From an uncultured Candidatus Saccharibacteria bacterium (GTDB lineage: Bacteria > Patescibacteriota > Minisyncoccia > Phycocordibacterales > Phycocordibacteraceae): DNA of 64,000 bases. A program made the position numbers and the translations under genes. Shown in pieces: positions 16,510 to 25,450 of the stretch. The stretch is from positions 70,197 to 134,196 of the forward strand of contig CAZMTN010000002.1 in the NCBI GenBank assembly GCA_964569655.1, in the 5' to 3' direction. How positions within the stretch are numbered: the first letter of the stretch is position 1; every line of letters starts with the position of its first letter. The notes below the pieces were generated by a model. The model saw only the letters and a list, made by a program, of their open reading frames with translations. It made no database searches and was not told the DNA's origin.

Positions 16510-17721
16510 ATGAAATTCCGCGTCACGTTCCGCAGCAATGACGGCGCCAAAGCTACGCGCATCGTCTCCGCAGAGTCCCGCTTCGAGATCTACGAGCAGG
16601 CGAAGAAGGAAGGCGCGACGGTAGTGAACGTGCGCGAGAATAACAGCCTTTCGGACAAGCTGAAGTCTCTGAACATAAGCTTCGGCTCGGGCGTGAAGCA
16701 GACGCAGGTCATGCAGCTTGTGAAGAACCTCTCGGCCATGCTCAAGGCCGGCCTCTCCCTCTCCCGCGCCATGTCGGTGGTAGAGCGCCAGTCCCGGGGC
16801 GCGCTCAAGGAGATCTCGCATGACCTCTCCGCGCGCATCACCGCGGGCGCTTCCTTCCACGAAGCCCTCGGCGCGCACCCCGACGTATTCTCCCCGCTCC
16901 TCATCGCCATGGCCCGCTCGGGAGAGGAGTCCGGCACCCTCTCCGAGTCGCTCGCGAACGTGGGGTACCAGATGGAGCGCACGCAGGAGCTCATCCGGAA
17001 GGTGCGCGGCGCCATGATCTACCCGGTCGTGATCCTCGTCGCGATCGTCATCGTCGCGGTGCTCATGCTCATCTACGTGGTGCCCACCCTCACCCAGACC
17101 TTCGACGAGCTCGGCGTGGAGGTCCCGACGGCGACGAAGGTCATCACTGCGATCTCCGACTTCATGGCCGCCAATTCCATACTGGTGCTCATCCTCATGG
17201 GCATATTCTTCCTCGGCGCGTACCTGTTCGCACGGTCGAAGGCCGGGAGCTCGCTCATCCTCGCGGCCGCGCTCAAGCTGCCGGTCATCGGGGAACTCGT
17301 GCGCGAGACGTATGCGGCGCGCGCTGCCCGCACGCTCGCCTCCCTCATGACGAGCGGCGTGCCGCTCGTATCAGGACTCGCCATCGCGGAGCAGGTGGTA
17401 GGCGCGCCGCCGTTCGCGAAGGTGATCGCCGACGCGCGCGAAGGCGTGCGCAAGGGCGAGGCGCTCTCGGCCGCGTTCGCCGCGAATCCGAAGCTCTATC
17501 CCATCCTCATGAGCGACATGCTCGCGGTCGGCGAGGAAACGGGGAACACCGCGCAGATGCTCGAGCAGGTGGCGACCTTCTATGAGACCGACGTGGAGCA
17601 GCGCACCAAGGACCTCTCGACCATCATCGAGCCGGTGCTCATGCTCGTCATCGGCGCCGCGGTGGGCGTGTTCGCCGTCGCCATGATCGCGCCGATCTAC
17701 TCCATCTCCGATGCGATATAA
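16510..17721 (+). CDS. pilC: Type IV pilus inner-membrane platform protein PilC (GspF family)
   Basis: T2SSF-domain repeats (LSAMLKAGLSLSRAM ... GEETGNTAQMLEQVATFYE) and three transmembrane segments. The start is at MKFRVTF, after the hairpin. Confidence 0.85.
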   Translation: MKFRVTFRSNDGAKATRIVSAESRFEIYEQAKKEGATVVNVRENNSLSDKLKSLNISFGSGVKQTQVMQLVKNLSAMLKAGLSLSRAMSVVERQSRGALKEISHDLSARITAGASFHEALGAHPDVFSPLLIAMARSGEESGTLSESLANVGYQMERTQELIRKVRGAMIYPVVILVAIVIVAVLMLIYVVPTLTQTFDELGVEVPTATKVITAISDFMAANSILVLILMGIFFLGAYLFARSKAGSSLILAAALKLPVIGELVRETYAARAARTLASLMTSGVPLVSGLAIAEQVVGAPPFAKVIADAREGVRKGEALSAAFAANPKLYPILMSDMLAVGEETGNTAQMLEQVATFYETDVEQRTKDLSTIIEPVLMLVIGAAVGVFAVAMIAPIYSISDAI

Positions 17722-18100
17722 CGGCAGCAAGCGGGGATTCACGCTCATCGAAGCGGTCATCGCGCTCTTCCTCCTCGGGCTCATCCTCCTCATCTTCCAG
17801 GGGACGCTCCGGAACATGCCGCTCATCAAGTACGCGAAGAACCAGGATATCGCGCTCAAGATCGCGAGCAGCGAGCTCGAATCGCTCCGCGCCGGCGGCT
17901 ACGCGGCGCTCCCGGTGAGCGGCTCGTTCTCTGATCCGCTCATCGCAACGCTCCCGTCGGGCGCCGGAGGCGTCTCGGTGACAACGTATAACGCGGAGAC
18001 CAAGCAGGTGACCGTGACCGTGACCTGGCGCGAAGCGGGGAAGGAGACCGACTCCTCGGTAACGCTCACGACGCTCATGACGGAGATCGGAGGGTTATAG
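17711..18100 (+). CDS. Type IV pilin-like protein (prepilin N-terminal cleavage/methylation domain)
   Basis: KRGFTLIEAVIALFLLGLIL is the class III signal peptide. Confidence 0.75.
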   Translation: MRYNGSKRGFTLIEAVIALFLLGLILLIFQGTLRNMPLIKYAKNQDIALKIASSELESLRAGGYAALPVSGSFSDPLIATLPSGAGGVSVTTYNAETKQVTVTVTWREAGKETDSSVTLTTLMTEIGGL

Positions 18101-18107
18101 TAGAGCT

Positions 18108-18650
18108 ATGCGCGGATTCACCCTCCTCGAGACCCTCATCGTCATAGCGCTCACGGTCGCCATACTCGTCGCGATCACCAATTTCTACAGCGGCTTCAAC
18201 CGCTTCTATGCATACCAGAACCTCTCGGCGAACAATGCCACGCTCACCGGCCGCGCTATCGCGGAGATAGACTCCACCGTGCTCCCGGCGTCGAGCGTGC
18301 TCTCGTCCCGCACGTTCACCATCGGGACCTATGCTTCGGGCGCGTCCGTGCTGGTGCTCGAGCTCCCCTCGACGACGAGCTCAGGCGGCATCATAAGCGG
18401 CACCTATGACTACGCCGTCTTCTACGTGAGCAACGGCACGCTCTACAAGCGCCTCGAGGCCGCCGGGTCGAGCAGCCGGACCACCGCCACCGAGCAGCTC
18501 GTCTCGGGCGTGACCTCGCTCACGTTCTCGTATGACTCCGGGGATTTCGGGAGCGTGACCAGAGTGAACACCGACCTCACGACGCAGAGCACGCACCGCG
18601 GCGGCACCGTGAATTCGCACCTCACGAGCGAAGCGTACCTCCGCAACTGA
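18108..18650 (+). CDS. Type IV pilin-like protein (prepilin N-terminal domain)
   Basis: MRGFTLLETLIVIALTVAIL. Confidence 0.75.
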   Translation: MRGFTLLETLIVIALTVAILVAITNFYSGFNRFYAYQNLSANNATLTGRAIAEIDSTVLPASSVLSSRTFTIGTYASGASVLVLELPSTTSSGGIISGTYDYAVFYVSNGTLYKRLEAAGSSSRTTATEQLVSGVTSLTFSYDSGDFGSVTRVNTDLTTQSTHRGGTVNSHLTSEAYLRN

Positions 18651-18651
18651 T

Positions 18652-20448
18652 ATGGATACCCGACCCAACGGCTACGTGCTGCTGCTCGGGATGATCTTCT
18701 TCGGCGTGTTCCTCAGCATGAGCGCCGGGCTCACGAGCTACATCACGCTCAACGCGCGGGCAGAGCGCTCGGCAGTGGCGTCGAAGCAGGCGCTCGCTTT
18801 GGCCGAGGCCGGCATCGATAAGGCGGCGTACGAGCTCAATCACAACAGCAATTACTCGGGAGAATCGAACACCGCGCTCGGCGCCGGCAGAGTGACCATC
18901 GCCGTCACCACCATCGACGCGAGCACCAAGCGCATCAGCGCGACGGCGTACGTGCCGAACGCAAGCAATCCGATCGCCATGAAGACCGCGCGCGCCAATA
19001 TCTCGATCAGCGCGGAGAATATCTCCTTCAATTACGGCGTCCAGGCAGGCGCGGGCGGATTCTTGATGACCGGCGGGTCGACTATCAACGGCAACGTCTA
19101 CTCGAACGGCGACATCAATGCGACCACCGGCGTGCGCATCACCGGCTCCGCGACCGCGGCGAACCCGCCGGCGGTTGCCGCGGATCAATCCAATAATTCG
19201 CCGACGCCCATCGGCACCTGCACCGGCTCCACCTGCCAGCACTTCGGCAATGCCGCAGCTTCGCAGGACTTCGCCCAGAGCTTCCAGATCTCTTCCGCGA
19301 CCGCCTTCGATAGCGTGCGCTTCTATATAAAGAAGACCGGCTCTCCTTCGAACGCCACCGTGCGCATCGTCGCGGACAACGCCGGCTCCCCGAGCAACAC
19401 CACGCTCCTCTCGGCGACGCTCCCGGCGTCTTCCGTCACGACGAGCTTCGGCTGGGTGAGCGTCGCGCTCCCGTCGACGCCCGTCCTCTCCGACGGCACC
19501 ACGTACTGGCTGGTCATCGACGCGGGGACAAGCACGAATAACTACTATTCCATCGGCACCAATACGGCATACGGCAGCGGCGTGGGGAAGATCGGGCAGT
19601 ACAACGGCACCTGGAACAATACTTCTCCGTCCCGCGACGGCTATTTCCAGATCTATCTCGGCGGCGGGACATCCATGATCGGCGGCAACAATTACACGAC
19701 GGGCGTCTACGTAGGCACGAACGCTTCCGATCTCGCATGGGCCAATCACGTGCAGGGCGCCACCGTCTCGGGTCCGCTCTACTGCAAGACCGGATCGTAC
19801 ACGAACAAGTCCTGCGACACTTCGAGACCGGACCCGTCACCGGCAGCCATGCCGATATCCGACAGCAACATCGACGAGTGGAAGGCAGATGCGGAAGCAG
19901 GGAGCATCCACAACGGCGACTACGCCGTAGGCTGGCAGGGCGCGACCATCGGCCCCATGAAGATCAACGGCAACCTCACGATCGGCGGCGGGGGCATACT
20001 CACCGTATCCGGCACCCTCTGGGTGACCGGGAACATCACGGTCGGCGGCGGGGGCCAGGTGCGCCTCGCGTCAAGCTACGGCACCAACGACGGCGCTATC
20101 ATCACGGACGGCATCGTGACCGTCGGCGGCGGCGCGAACTTCGCCGGGTCCGGACAAGCGGGCAGCTACCCGTTCCTCATCTCGACGAGCGCCTGCCCGA
20201 ACGCGGCCGGCTGCAGCGGCAACGAGGCGATAGACCTCTCGGGCGGCGCCGGGACCGTGGCGCTCGTGGCGCAGGACGGCACCGTCCGCATCAACGGCGG
20301 ATCGAGCCTCAAGGCCGTGACCGGGCGGCAGATCGTCATGGAGGGCGGCGCCACCCTCTACTACGACAGCGGGCTCATCAGCACCAATTTCTCCTCGGGA
20401 CCGGGCGGCTCATGGGAATTCGTCCCGGGCACATACGTCATCGACTAG
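18652..20448 (+). CDS. PilX-like large minor pilin / pilus-associated protein (598 aa) with beta-helix-like Gly/Asn-rich repeats
   Basis: The N-terminus NGYVLLLGMIFFGVFL...AERSAVASKQALALAEAGIDKA follows the PilX_N pattern. The C-terminus carries NGNLTIGGGGILTVSGTLWVTGNITVGGGG repeats. Confidence 0.6.
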   Translation: MDTRPNGYVLLLGMIFFGVFLSMSAGLTSYITLNARAERSAVASKQALALAEAGIDKAAYELNHNSNYSGESNTALGAGRVTIAVTTIDASTKRISATAYVPNASNPIAMKTARANISISAENISFNYGVQAGAGGFLMTGGSTINGNVYSNGDINATTGVRITGSATAANPPAVAADQSNNSPTPIGTCTGSTCQHFGNAAASQDFAQSFQISSATAFDSVRFYIKKTGSPSNATVRIVADNAGSPSNTTLLSATLPASSVTTSFGWVSVALPSTPVLSDGTTYWLVIDAGTSTNNYYSIGTNTAYGSGVGKIGQYNGTWNNTSPSRDGYFQIYLGGGTSMIGGNNYTTGVYVGTNASDLAWANHVQGATVSGPLYCKTGSYTNKSCDTSRPDPSPAAMPISDSNIDEWKADAEAGSIHNGDYAVGWQGATIGPMKINGNLTIGGGGILTVSGTLWVTGNITVGGGGQVRLASSYGTNDGAIITDGIVTVGGGANFAGSGQAGSYPFLISTSACPNAAGCSGNEAIDLSGGAGTVALVAQDGTVRINGGSSLKAVTGRQIVMEGGATLYYDSGLISTNFSSGPGGSWEFVPGTYVID

Positions 20449-20472
20449 CGGGGAACTGGTATCATTAGGGAT

Positions 20473-21216
20473 ATGCTCATTGTCGCCAACTGGAAGGCGT
20501 ACGTCGAAGACGTCGCCAAGGCTAAGAAGCTGTTCTCGCTCTCGAAGCGGCTCTCAAAGAACACGAAGCACAAGCTGGTGCTCTGCCCGGCCGCACCCCA
20601 TCTCGGCATCCTCGCCGCAAACAACACGTCGAAGGTAGCTCTCGGGGCGCAGGACGTGTCGCTCTCGACCGGCGGCGCCGCGACCGGAGAGGTCACGGCG
20701 AAGATGCTCGGGAAGCTCGAGGTCTCGTATGCGCTCGTCGGGCACTCGGAGCGCCGCGCGAAGGGAGAGACGGACGCTGAGGTCTCGGAGAAGATCCAGC
20801 ACCTCCTGGCCCAGGACGTGACGCCCATCCTCTGCATCGGGGAGCGGGAACGGGATGCGGGCGCAGAATACCTCTCTTTCGTACGGGCGCAAATCGCGGC
20901 CGCGCTTACGCCGCTCACGCAGAAGGAGCGCATGGAGCTCGTCATCGCGTACGAGCCCGTCTGGGCGATAGGGAAGAGCGCAGCGGACGCGCTCCCCGAG
21001 CATGAGCTCATGGAGATGGTGCTGTACATACGCAAAGTGCTCGGCGAGTATCTGCCTGGGAAGGCGCCGCTCAAGACCTCGATCCTCTACGGCGGATCCG
21101 CGGAACCCGGCAACGCGCGCAGCCTTGCGGGCGGCACGGGCATCGACGGATTCCTCATCGGGCACGCGTCGGTCGACGCGATGATGTTCGAAGAGCTCGT
21201 CGAAGCCGTCTCATAG
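20473..21216 (+). CDS. tpiA: Triosephosphate isomerase
   Basis: ANWK, GHSERR, AYEPVWAIG and ILYGGS contain the catalytic Lys/His/Glu context. Confidence 0.9.
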   Translation: MLIVANWKAYVEDVAKAKKLFSLSKRLSKNTKHKLVLCPAAPHLGILAANNTSKVALGAQDVSLSTGGAATGEVTAKMLGKLEVSYALVGHSERRAKGETDAEVSEKIQHLLAQDVTPILCIGERERDAGAEYLSFVRAQIAAALTPLTQKERMELVIAYEPVWAIGKSAADALPEHELMEMVLYIRKVLGEYLPGKAPLKTSILYGGSAEPGNARSLAGGTGIDGFLIGHASVDAMMFEELVEAVS

Positions 21217-22350
21217 ATGAGAAGCGTACGGGACATCAAGATACTCGAGGATATCCCGGTGCTGGTCCGCGCCTCGCTCAATGTGGAGATAGCGGACGGG
21301 AAGGTGACCAACGCCTTCCGCATGAAGGAGGCGCTCCCGACCATCGAGTACCTCCGGAGCCGGCGCGCGCGCATCATCCTTATCGGGCACATCACGGGCA
21401 CGGGAACCGAGACCTTGAGGCCGGTCGCGGAAGCGATGAAGCAGTTCATCCCGGATATCTCGTTCTGTCCCGTGCATACGGGGGCCGAAGCGCGCGCAGC
21501 CGTGCGCGGCCTCATGCCGGGGCAGGTGGTGATGCTCGAGAACCTGCGGCGCAGCAAGGGGGAAGGGCAGAACGACAGTGCCTTCGCGCATGCGGTGGCC
21601 GAGCTCGCGGACGTGTTCGTGCAGGACTGCTTCGACGTCCTCCACCGCGAGCACGCGTCGGTGGTGGGCATCCCGCAGATACTCCCGTCCTATGCGGGGC
21701 TCCTCGTCGAGAAGGAAGTCGCAGCGCTCACGAAGGCGCTCTCGCCTAAGGCGCCGTCCCTCGCCATCGTCGGCGGGGCGAAATTCTCCACCAAGGAGCC
21801 AGTGCTCCGGAAGCTCCTCTCTTTATATACGAACGTGTACGTGGGCGGGGCGCTCGGGAACGATTTCGTGAAGGCGCGCGGGTACGACGTAGGGAAATCA
21901 TTGGTATCGAGCGCGGATCCGAAGAAAATCAAGGAGATGGCGGGGAATCCGCGCATCGTCCTCTCAGTGGACGCGCATGTGGCGGCGCCTGGAGCGAAGA
22001 GAGATGAATCGAGAATTGCCGCGATCGATGACGTGCACCCGGATGAAGCCATTCTCGATGACGGCCCCGAGAGCGTGGAGAAGATCGCTGCGCTCCTGAA
22101 GAGCGCGAAGTCCGTGCTCTGGAACGGTCCGCTCGGGAATTACGAGAACGGATTCGTGGACGGCACCGAGGGCGTCGCACGTGCTATCGCCGCATCAGGC
22201 GCCTATGCGACCGTAGGAGGCGGGGACACCGTCGCCGCGATCGAGAAGCTCGGCGTCGCACATAAGTTCGCCTTCATCTCCACCGCCGGAGGCGCCATGC
22301 TCGAGTTCCTCTCGAAGGGAACGCTGCCGGGACTGCGCGCGCTCGGCTAG
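21217..22350 (+). CDS. pgk: Phosphoglycerate kinase
   Basis: VMLENLR, IVGGAKFSTK and VGGGDTVAA are PGK signature segments. The gene is adjacent to tpiA. Confidence 0.9.
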   Translation: MRSVRDIKILEDIPVLVRASLNVEIADGKVTNAFRMKEALPTIEYLRSRRARIILIGHITGTGTETLRPVAEAMKQFIPDISFCPVHTGAEARAAVRGLMPGQVVMLENLRRSKGEGQNDSAFAHAVAELADVFVQDCFDVLHREHASVVGIPQILPSYAGLLVEKEVAALTKALSPKAPSLAIVGGAKFSTKEPVLRKLLSLYTNVYVGGALGNDFVKARGYDVGKSLVSSADPKKIKEMAGNPRIVLSVDAHVAAPGAKRDESRIAAIDDVHPDEAILDDGPESVEKIAALLKSAKSVLWNGPLGNYENGFVDGTEGVARAIAASGAYATVGGGDTVAAIEKLGVAHKFAFISTAGGAMLEFLSKGTLPGLRALG

Positions 22351-22353
22351 CGT

Positions 22354-23142
22354 ATGAACGCTTCGCCCAAAAGGATACTGGTTGCGGGCGCGCTCCTGTG
22401 TGCTGTCCTGCTCGTTTTCGGTTGGCTGAGCGGCATAGAGCCGCGCGAGACGGATCCCGCTCTCATGCGGTTCTCGAACACCCAGGACTGGGACCCGACA
22501 CTGCTCAGGCACCTTCCCGGATCACGTACGCCCGAGAAGCGTGCGGTGACCGATGCGTACGTGAGCGCGATCGAGCTTCCGCCGCCGCCCGCAAATATGT
22601 CCGAGACGACCGCCGCTGAGTTGCAGACGCTTCATGCATACATAGAGCTGCGCGATGAGACGCGCGCAGATATCGAAGCGGAGCATCGTGGATTCGACGG
22701 CTTCCGGTTCGGCACCTATCGCCCATGGGCAGGGGAGGCGACGCAGACACGTACATTGCTTGATCACGCGCTCGGTGAGTATGCGCCGGTGATCTTCGCG
22801 TTCAAGGAACGGTTCGACCGCGTGCGCCCAAGCTATCTCGATCAGACGATCACCACTATGTTCCCTATACCGGGGCATCCAGCCTATCCGAGCGGGCACG
22901 CGGCGCAGGTGTATCTCATCGCCGGAATCCTCGCAGAGCTCGATCCTGAGAACGCGCAGGCATACTTCGCGGATGCCGTGCGTATTGCGCGCAATCGGGA
23001 GATCGCGGGAGTGCATTACCCGAGCGATAGCAGCGCGGGGGCCACGCTCGCCGCGCAATTTCTCCCGCTCTATCTTGAGACCGAGGAAGCGAGGATGCTG
23101 CTAGAGGCAGCGCGCACTGAGTGGGAGCGCCACCGGAATTAG
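22354..23142 (+). CDS. PAP2-superfamily phosphatase (class A acid phosphatase-like), membrane-anchored
   Basis: KERFDRVRPS, PSGH and ARNREIAGVHYPSD give the KxxxxxxRP / PSGH / SRxxxxxHxxxD tripartite motif. There is an N-terminal hydrophobic anchor. Confidence 0.7.
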   Translation: MNASPKRILVAGALLCAVLLVFGWLSGIEPRETDPALMRFSNTQDWDPTLLRHLPGSRTPEKRAVTDAYVSAIELPPPPANMSETTAAELQTLHAYIELRDETRADIEAEHRGFDGFRFGTYRPWAGEATQTRTLLDHALGEYAPVIFAFKERFDRVRPSYLDQTITTMFPIPGHPAYPSGHAAQVYLIAGILAELDPENAQAYFADAVRIARNREIAGVHYPSDSSAGATLAAQFLPLYLETEEARMLLEAARTEWERHRN

Positions 23143-23151
23143 AACGCCGTG

Positions 23152-23961
23152 TTAGTTTTTCGTATTTTCGGCTATTAAGTCCCGTAGTAATTCGTTCACA
23201 TCGATAGCTCTTGAGTTCTCCTGCATGAACTCAAACATCTTGAGAATCATTCTTTGGATTCCAGAGTTCTGAATCTCCAGGATCAGCTCTTCCTTAAGCG
23301 CCATCAGGTACAAGGAGTCCTTGAATACCCAGACTTGGCCGCCATGCTGAAAATATTTCTTATCCAATACGTTTACGCGTGCGGTCCGTCCCTCGAAATC
23401 ACGAGCCCAGTCTACGCCGAGCAGCCTGGTCTGTTCCTCGAACCAGCCTTCCGATGATACCGTCTCGGCGATGATGCGGTTCTTCTTTATGTCACGGTTT
23501 ACCTTGTTGGTCTCAGTCGGGGAGAACATGGCGTTCCACCCGGCTGTCGAGTTTCCTCCTTGGAAACTGTAGAAACGCTCATACTTATGCTCCGCGAACA
23601 GGTTGAGCATAAGCTTCTTGATAGCTTCAGCGCCTCGATGGATAGTCACTATCGAATCTGAGCGACCGTGAATGACTTCGCTGCCTTCGGGAATCTTAAG
23701 GAGTGAGCGCTTGAGATCGTATACAGAGCGGTCGATATCCTGTTCGTCGTTCAGGCGCCAGTGCTTGCGTCCATTGGTAATGTGCGAGGCCGCCAAACCG
23801 CGCTTCCGGAAGTTCTGGAGGGTAGCATAGACGGCCGAGCGGGAGACTCCCGTCTCCCGGGCTATCTTGAGAGGCGTATCTGCGCCATCCCGGAGGGCTA
23901 AAAGCGCCTTCTTCTCCTTGTTTGATAGCCCGAGCACCTGGAGGTCATCGTGTAGGGCCAT
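23152..23961 (-). CDS. TrmB-family transcriptional regulator
   Basis: N-terminal HTH LGLSNKEKKALLALRDGADTPLKIARETGVSRSAVYATLQNFRKRGL is TrmB-type. It sits in an island of visibly lower GC. Confidence 0.65.
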   Translation of the reverse strand: MALHDDLQVLGLSNKEKKALLALRDGADTPLKIARETGVSRSAVYATLQNFRKRGLAASHITNGRKHWRLNDEQDIDRSVYDLKRSLLKIPEGSEVIHGRSDSIVTIHRGAEAIKKLMLNLFAEHKYERFYSFQGGNSTAGWNAMFSPTETNKVNRDIKKNRIIAETVSSEGWFEEQTRLLGVDWARDFEGRTARVNVLDKKYFQHGGQVWVFKDSLYLMALKEELILEIQNSGIQRMILKMFEFMQENSRAIDVNELLRDLIAENTKN

Positions 23962-24173
23962 GAGGCTAGACTAGCAGAAACAGTCCTGTTTGTCCAGTTT
24001 TATAGACATAGTATGTGGATAAAAATACCCTTTATTTACTTTATATTATAGCCCTTGTTAGGTTTATGAAATACTAAAATATACTGTCAATGGTTCTAGG
24101 CGTATAGTTATTGCAGATCAAGCGCACATTGATAGGGCATCCCGCCCATCAAACCAACCTGAGGAGAAGTATC

Positions 24174-24842
24174 ATGGAAAGCATCGAAAAGCGGATTATC
24201 TCGGCTCATGACTGGGTCAGGACTGACGGCCGGGACTTTACGCCTCGCGGGCATAAGCCGGTGGGCGAAAGCTCAACCAGCGTAGATAAGATCTACGTCC
24301 CGTTCCTCAATACCACCTATGTGCTCGTGTTCGAAAGTTCATGGGCAACCATAGGCGGAACGAGGCAAGATGCCGTGCTCTATGCTTATGACCATCGCAG
24401 TGGCAACCGCCGTAAGGTGGATAGCCATACGATCCTCAACGGTCGTGATCCGCTGTCGAGTTTTTACCCGACAAAGATCCGAGCGGTCATAAGCTTTGTG
24501 ACGAAAGACGTACCCGCCTTTGACCACCCGTGTCCAACGGGTGAGGGGGAAATCTTTCGAGGTTGCTCTTTTGAAAGGAAGAGCAACGTACGTGTCCGTA
24601 TCTCCATGTGCAGGGAGCAGGAGGCTTCTTGCGAGATACGGGGCACGTATGCGATAGCCCACTTCAAGTCCGTCCGCCGGGGGTACTACGCGCCAGGATG
24701 GGAAGAAGAGAGCGTCGCCTCACAGCAATGGGAAACTGGTAAAGTCGAGAGCTCTGTTCTCACGAAGAGAAACATCTGTCGATTCTACAAGAAGTACCAT
24801 GCGGAGCTCCCGGCAATCGCGGGTGAGATCGGAGCGGGATGA
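24174..24842 (+). CDS. Hypothetical protein (222 aa)
   Basis: GAGGAG lies 7 nt upstream of the ATG, divergent from the TrmB gene across a very AT-rich intergenic region. A terminator follows. Confidence 0.5.
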   Translation: MESIEKRIISAHDWVRTDGRDFTPRGHKPVGESSTSVDKIYVPFLNTTYVLVFESSWATIGGTRQDAVLYAYDHRSGNRRKVDSHTILNGRDPLSSFYPTKIRAVISFVTKDVPAFDHPCPTGEGEIFRGCSFERKSNVRVRISMCREQEASCEIRGTYAIAHFKSVRRGYYAPGWEEESVASQQWETGKVESSVLTKRNICRFYKKYHAELPAIAGEIGAG

Positions 24843-24911
24843 AAACCCGCTTGGCAACAGAACCAAAAATCAAACTGCCGCGCTGGGCAGGATAAAGATA
24901 GGGCGCAAACT

Positions 24912-24950
24912 GACCGCCGGCATGAAAATGCTGGCGGTTTTCTTATTTCG
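24912..24950 (+). terminator. Intrinsic terminator
   Basis: ACCGCCGGCA-TGAAAA-TGCTGGCGGT followed by TTTTCTTATTT. Confidence 0.5.
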
Positions 24951-25407
24951 ATTCACCGCGGATTTGCTCTGCAAGAGCCGCGAGTACGGCATCGTCCGCG
25001 CGGGCGCCGTCATGCGAGGAGATATAGCCCTCGTACTGGGTGAAGTACTTGTCGCTCTTTGATTCGATCGGGCGCCATTGCTCCATATTCGCCGTGCCGT
25101 GCATCGGGAAGAGTTTCGCGTGCACGTGGTCCACGCCGAAGCCCTCGAACACCATCGCGCACCTGCCGACGTCCGGGAGCGCCTTGTCGAGGAGATTCGC
25201 CACCTGCTTGGTCGCGAGCATGAGGCTCGTGAGGACCTCGTCCGGGAGCGCGAAGGCGTAGCTCGGGTGGTGCTCCTTAGGGATGACTACCGTCACGCCC
25301 TCGGTATTCGGGAATATGGAGAGGAATGCGAGGTGATTATCGTCTTCCCAGACCGTATGAGACGGGCTCTCCTTCGAGACAATTGCGCAGAAAATGCAGT
25401 CTTTCAT
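24943..25407 (-). CDS. HIT (histidine triad) family nucleotide hydrolase/transferase
   Basis: CIFCAIV at the N-terminus and DHVHAKLFP, which is histidine-triad-like. Confidence 0.7.
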   Translation of the reverse strand: MKDCIFCAIVSKESPSHTVWEDDNHLAFLSIFPNTEGVTVVIPKEHHPSYAFALPDEVLTSLMLATKQVANLLDKALPDVGRCAMVFEGFGVDHVHAKLFPMHGTANMEQWRPIESKSDKYFTQYEGYISSHDGARADDAVLAALAEQIRGESK

Positions 25408-25450
25408 AGGGAAAGCATACCGTAATGGCGCATTTTGATACAATCGATAG

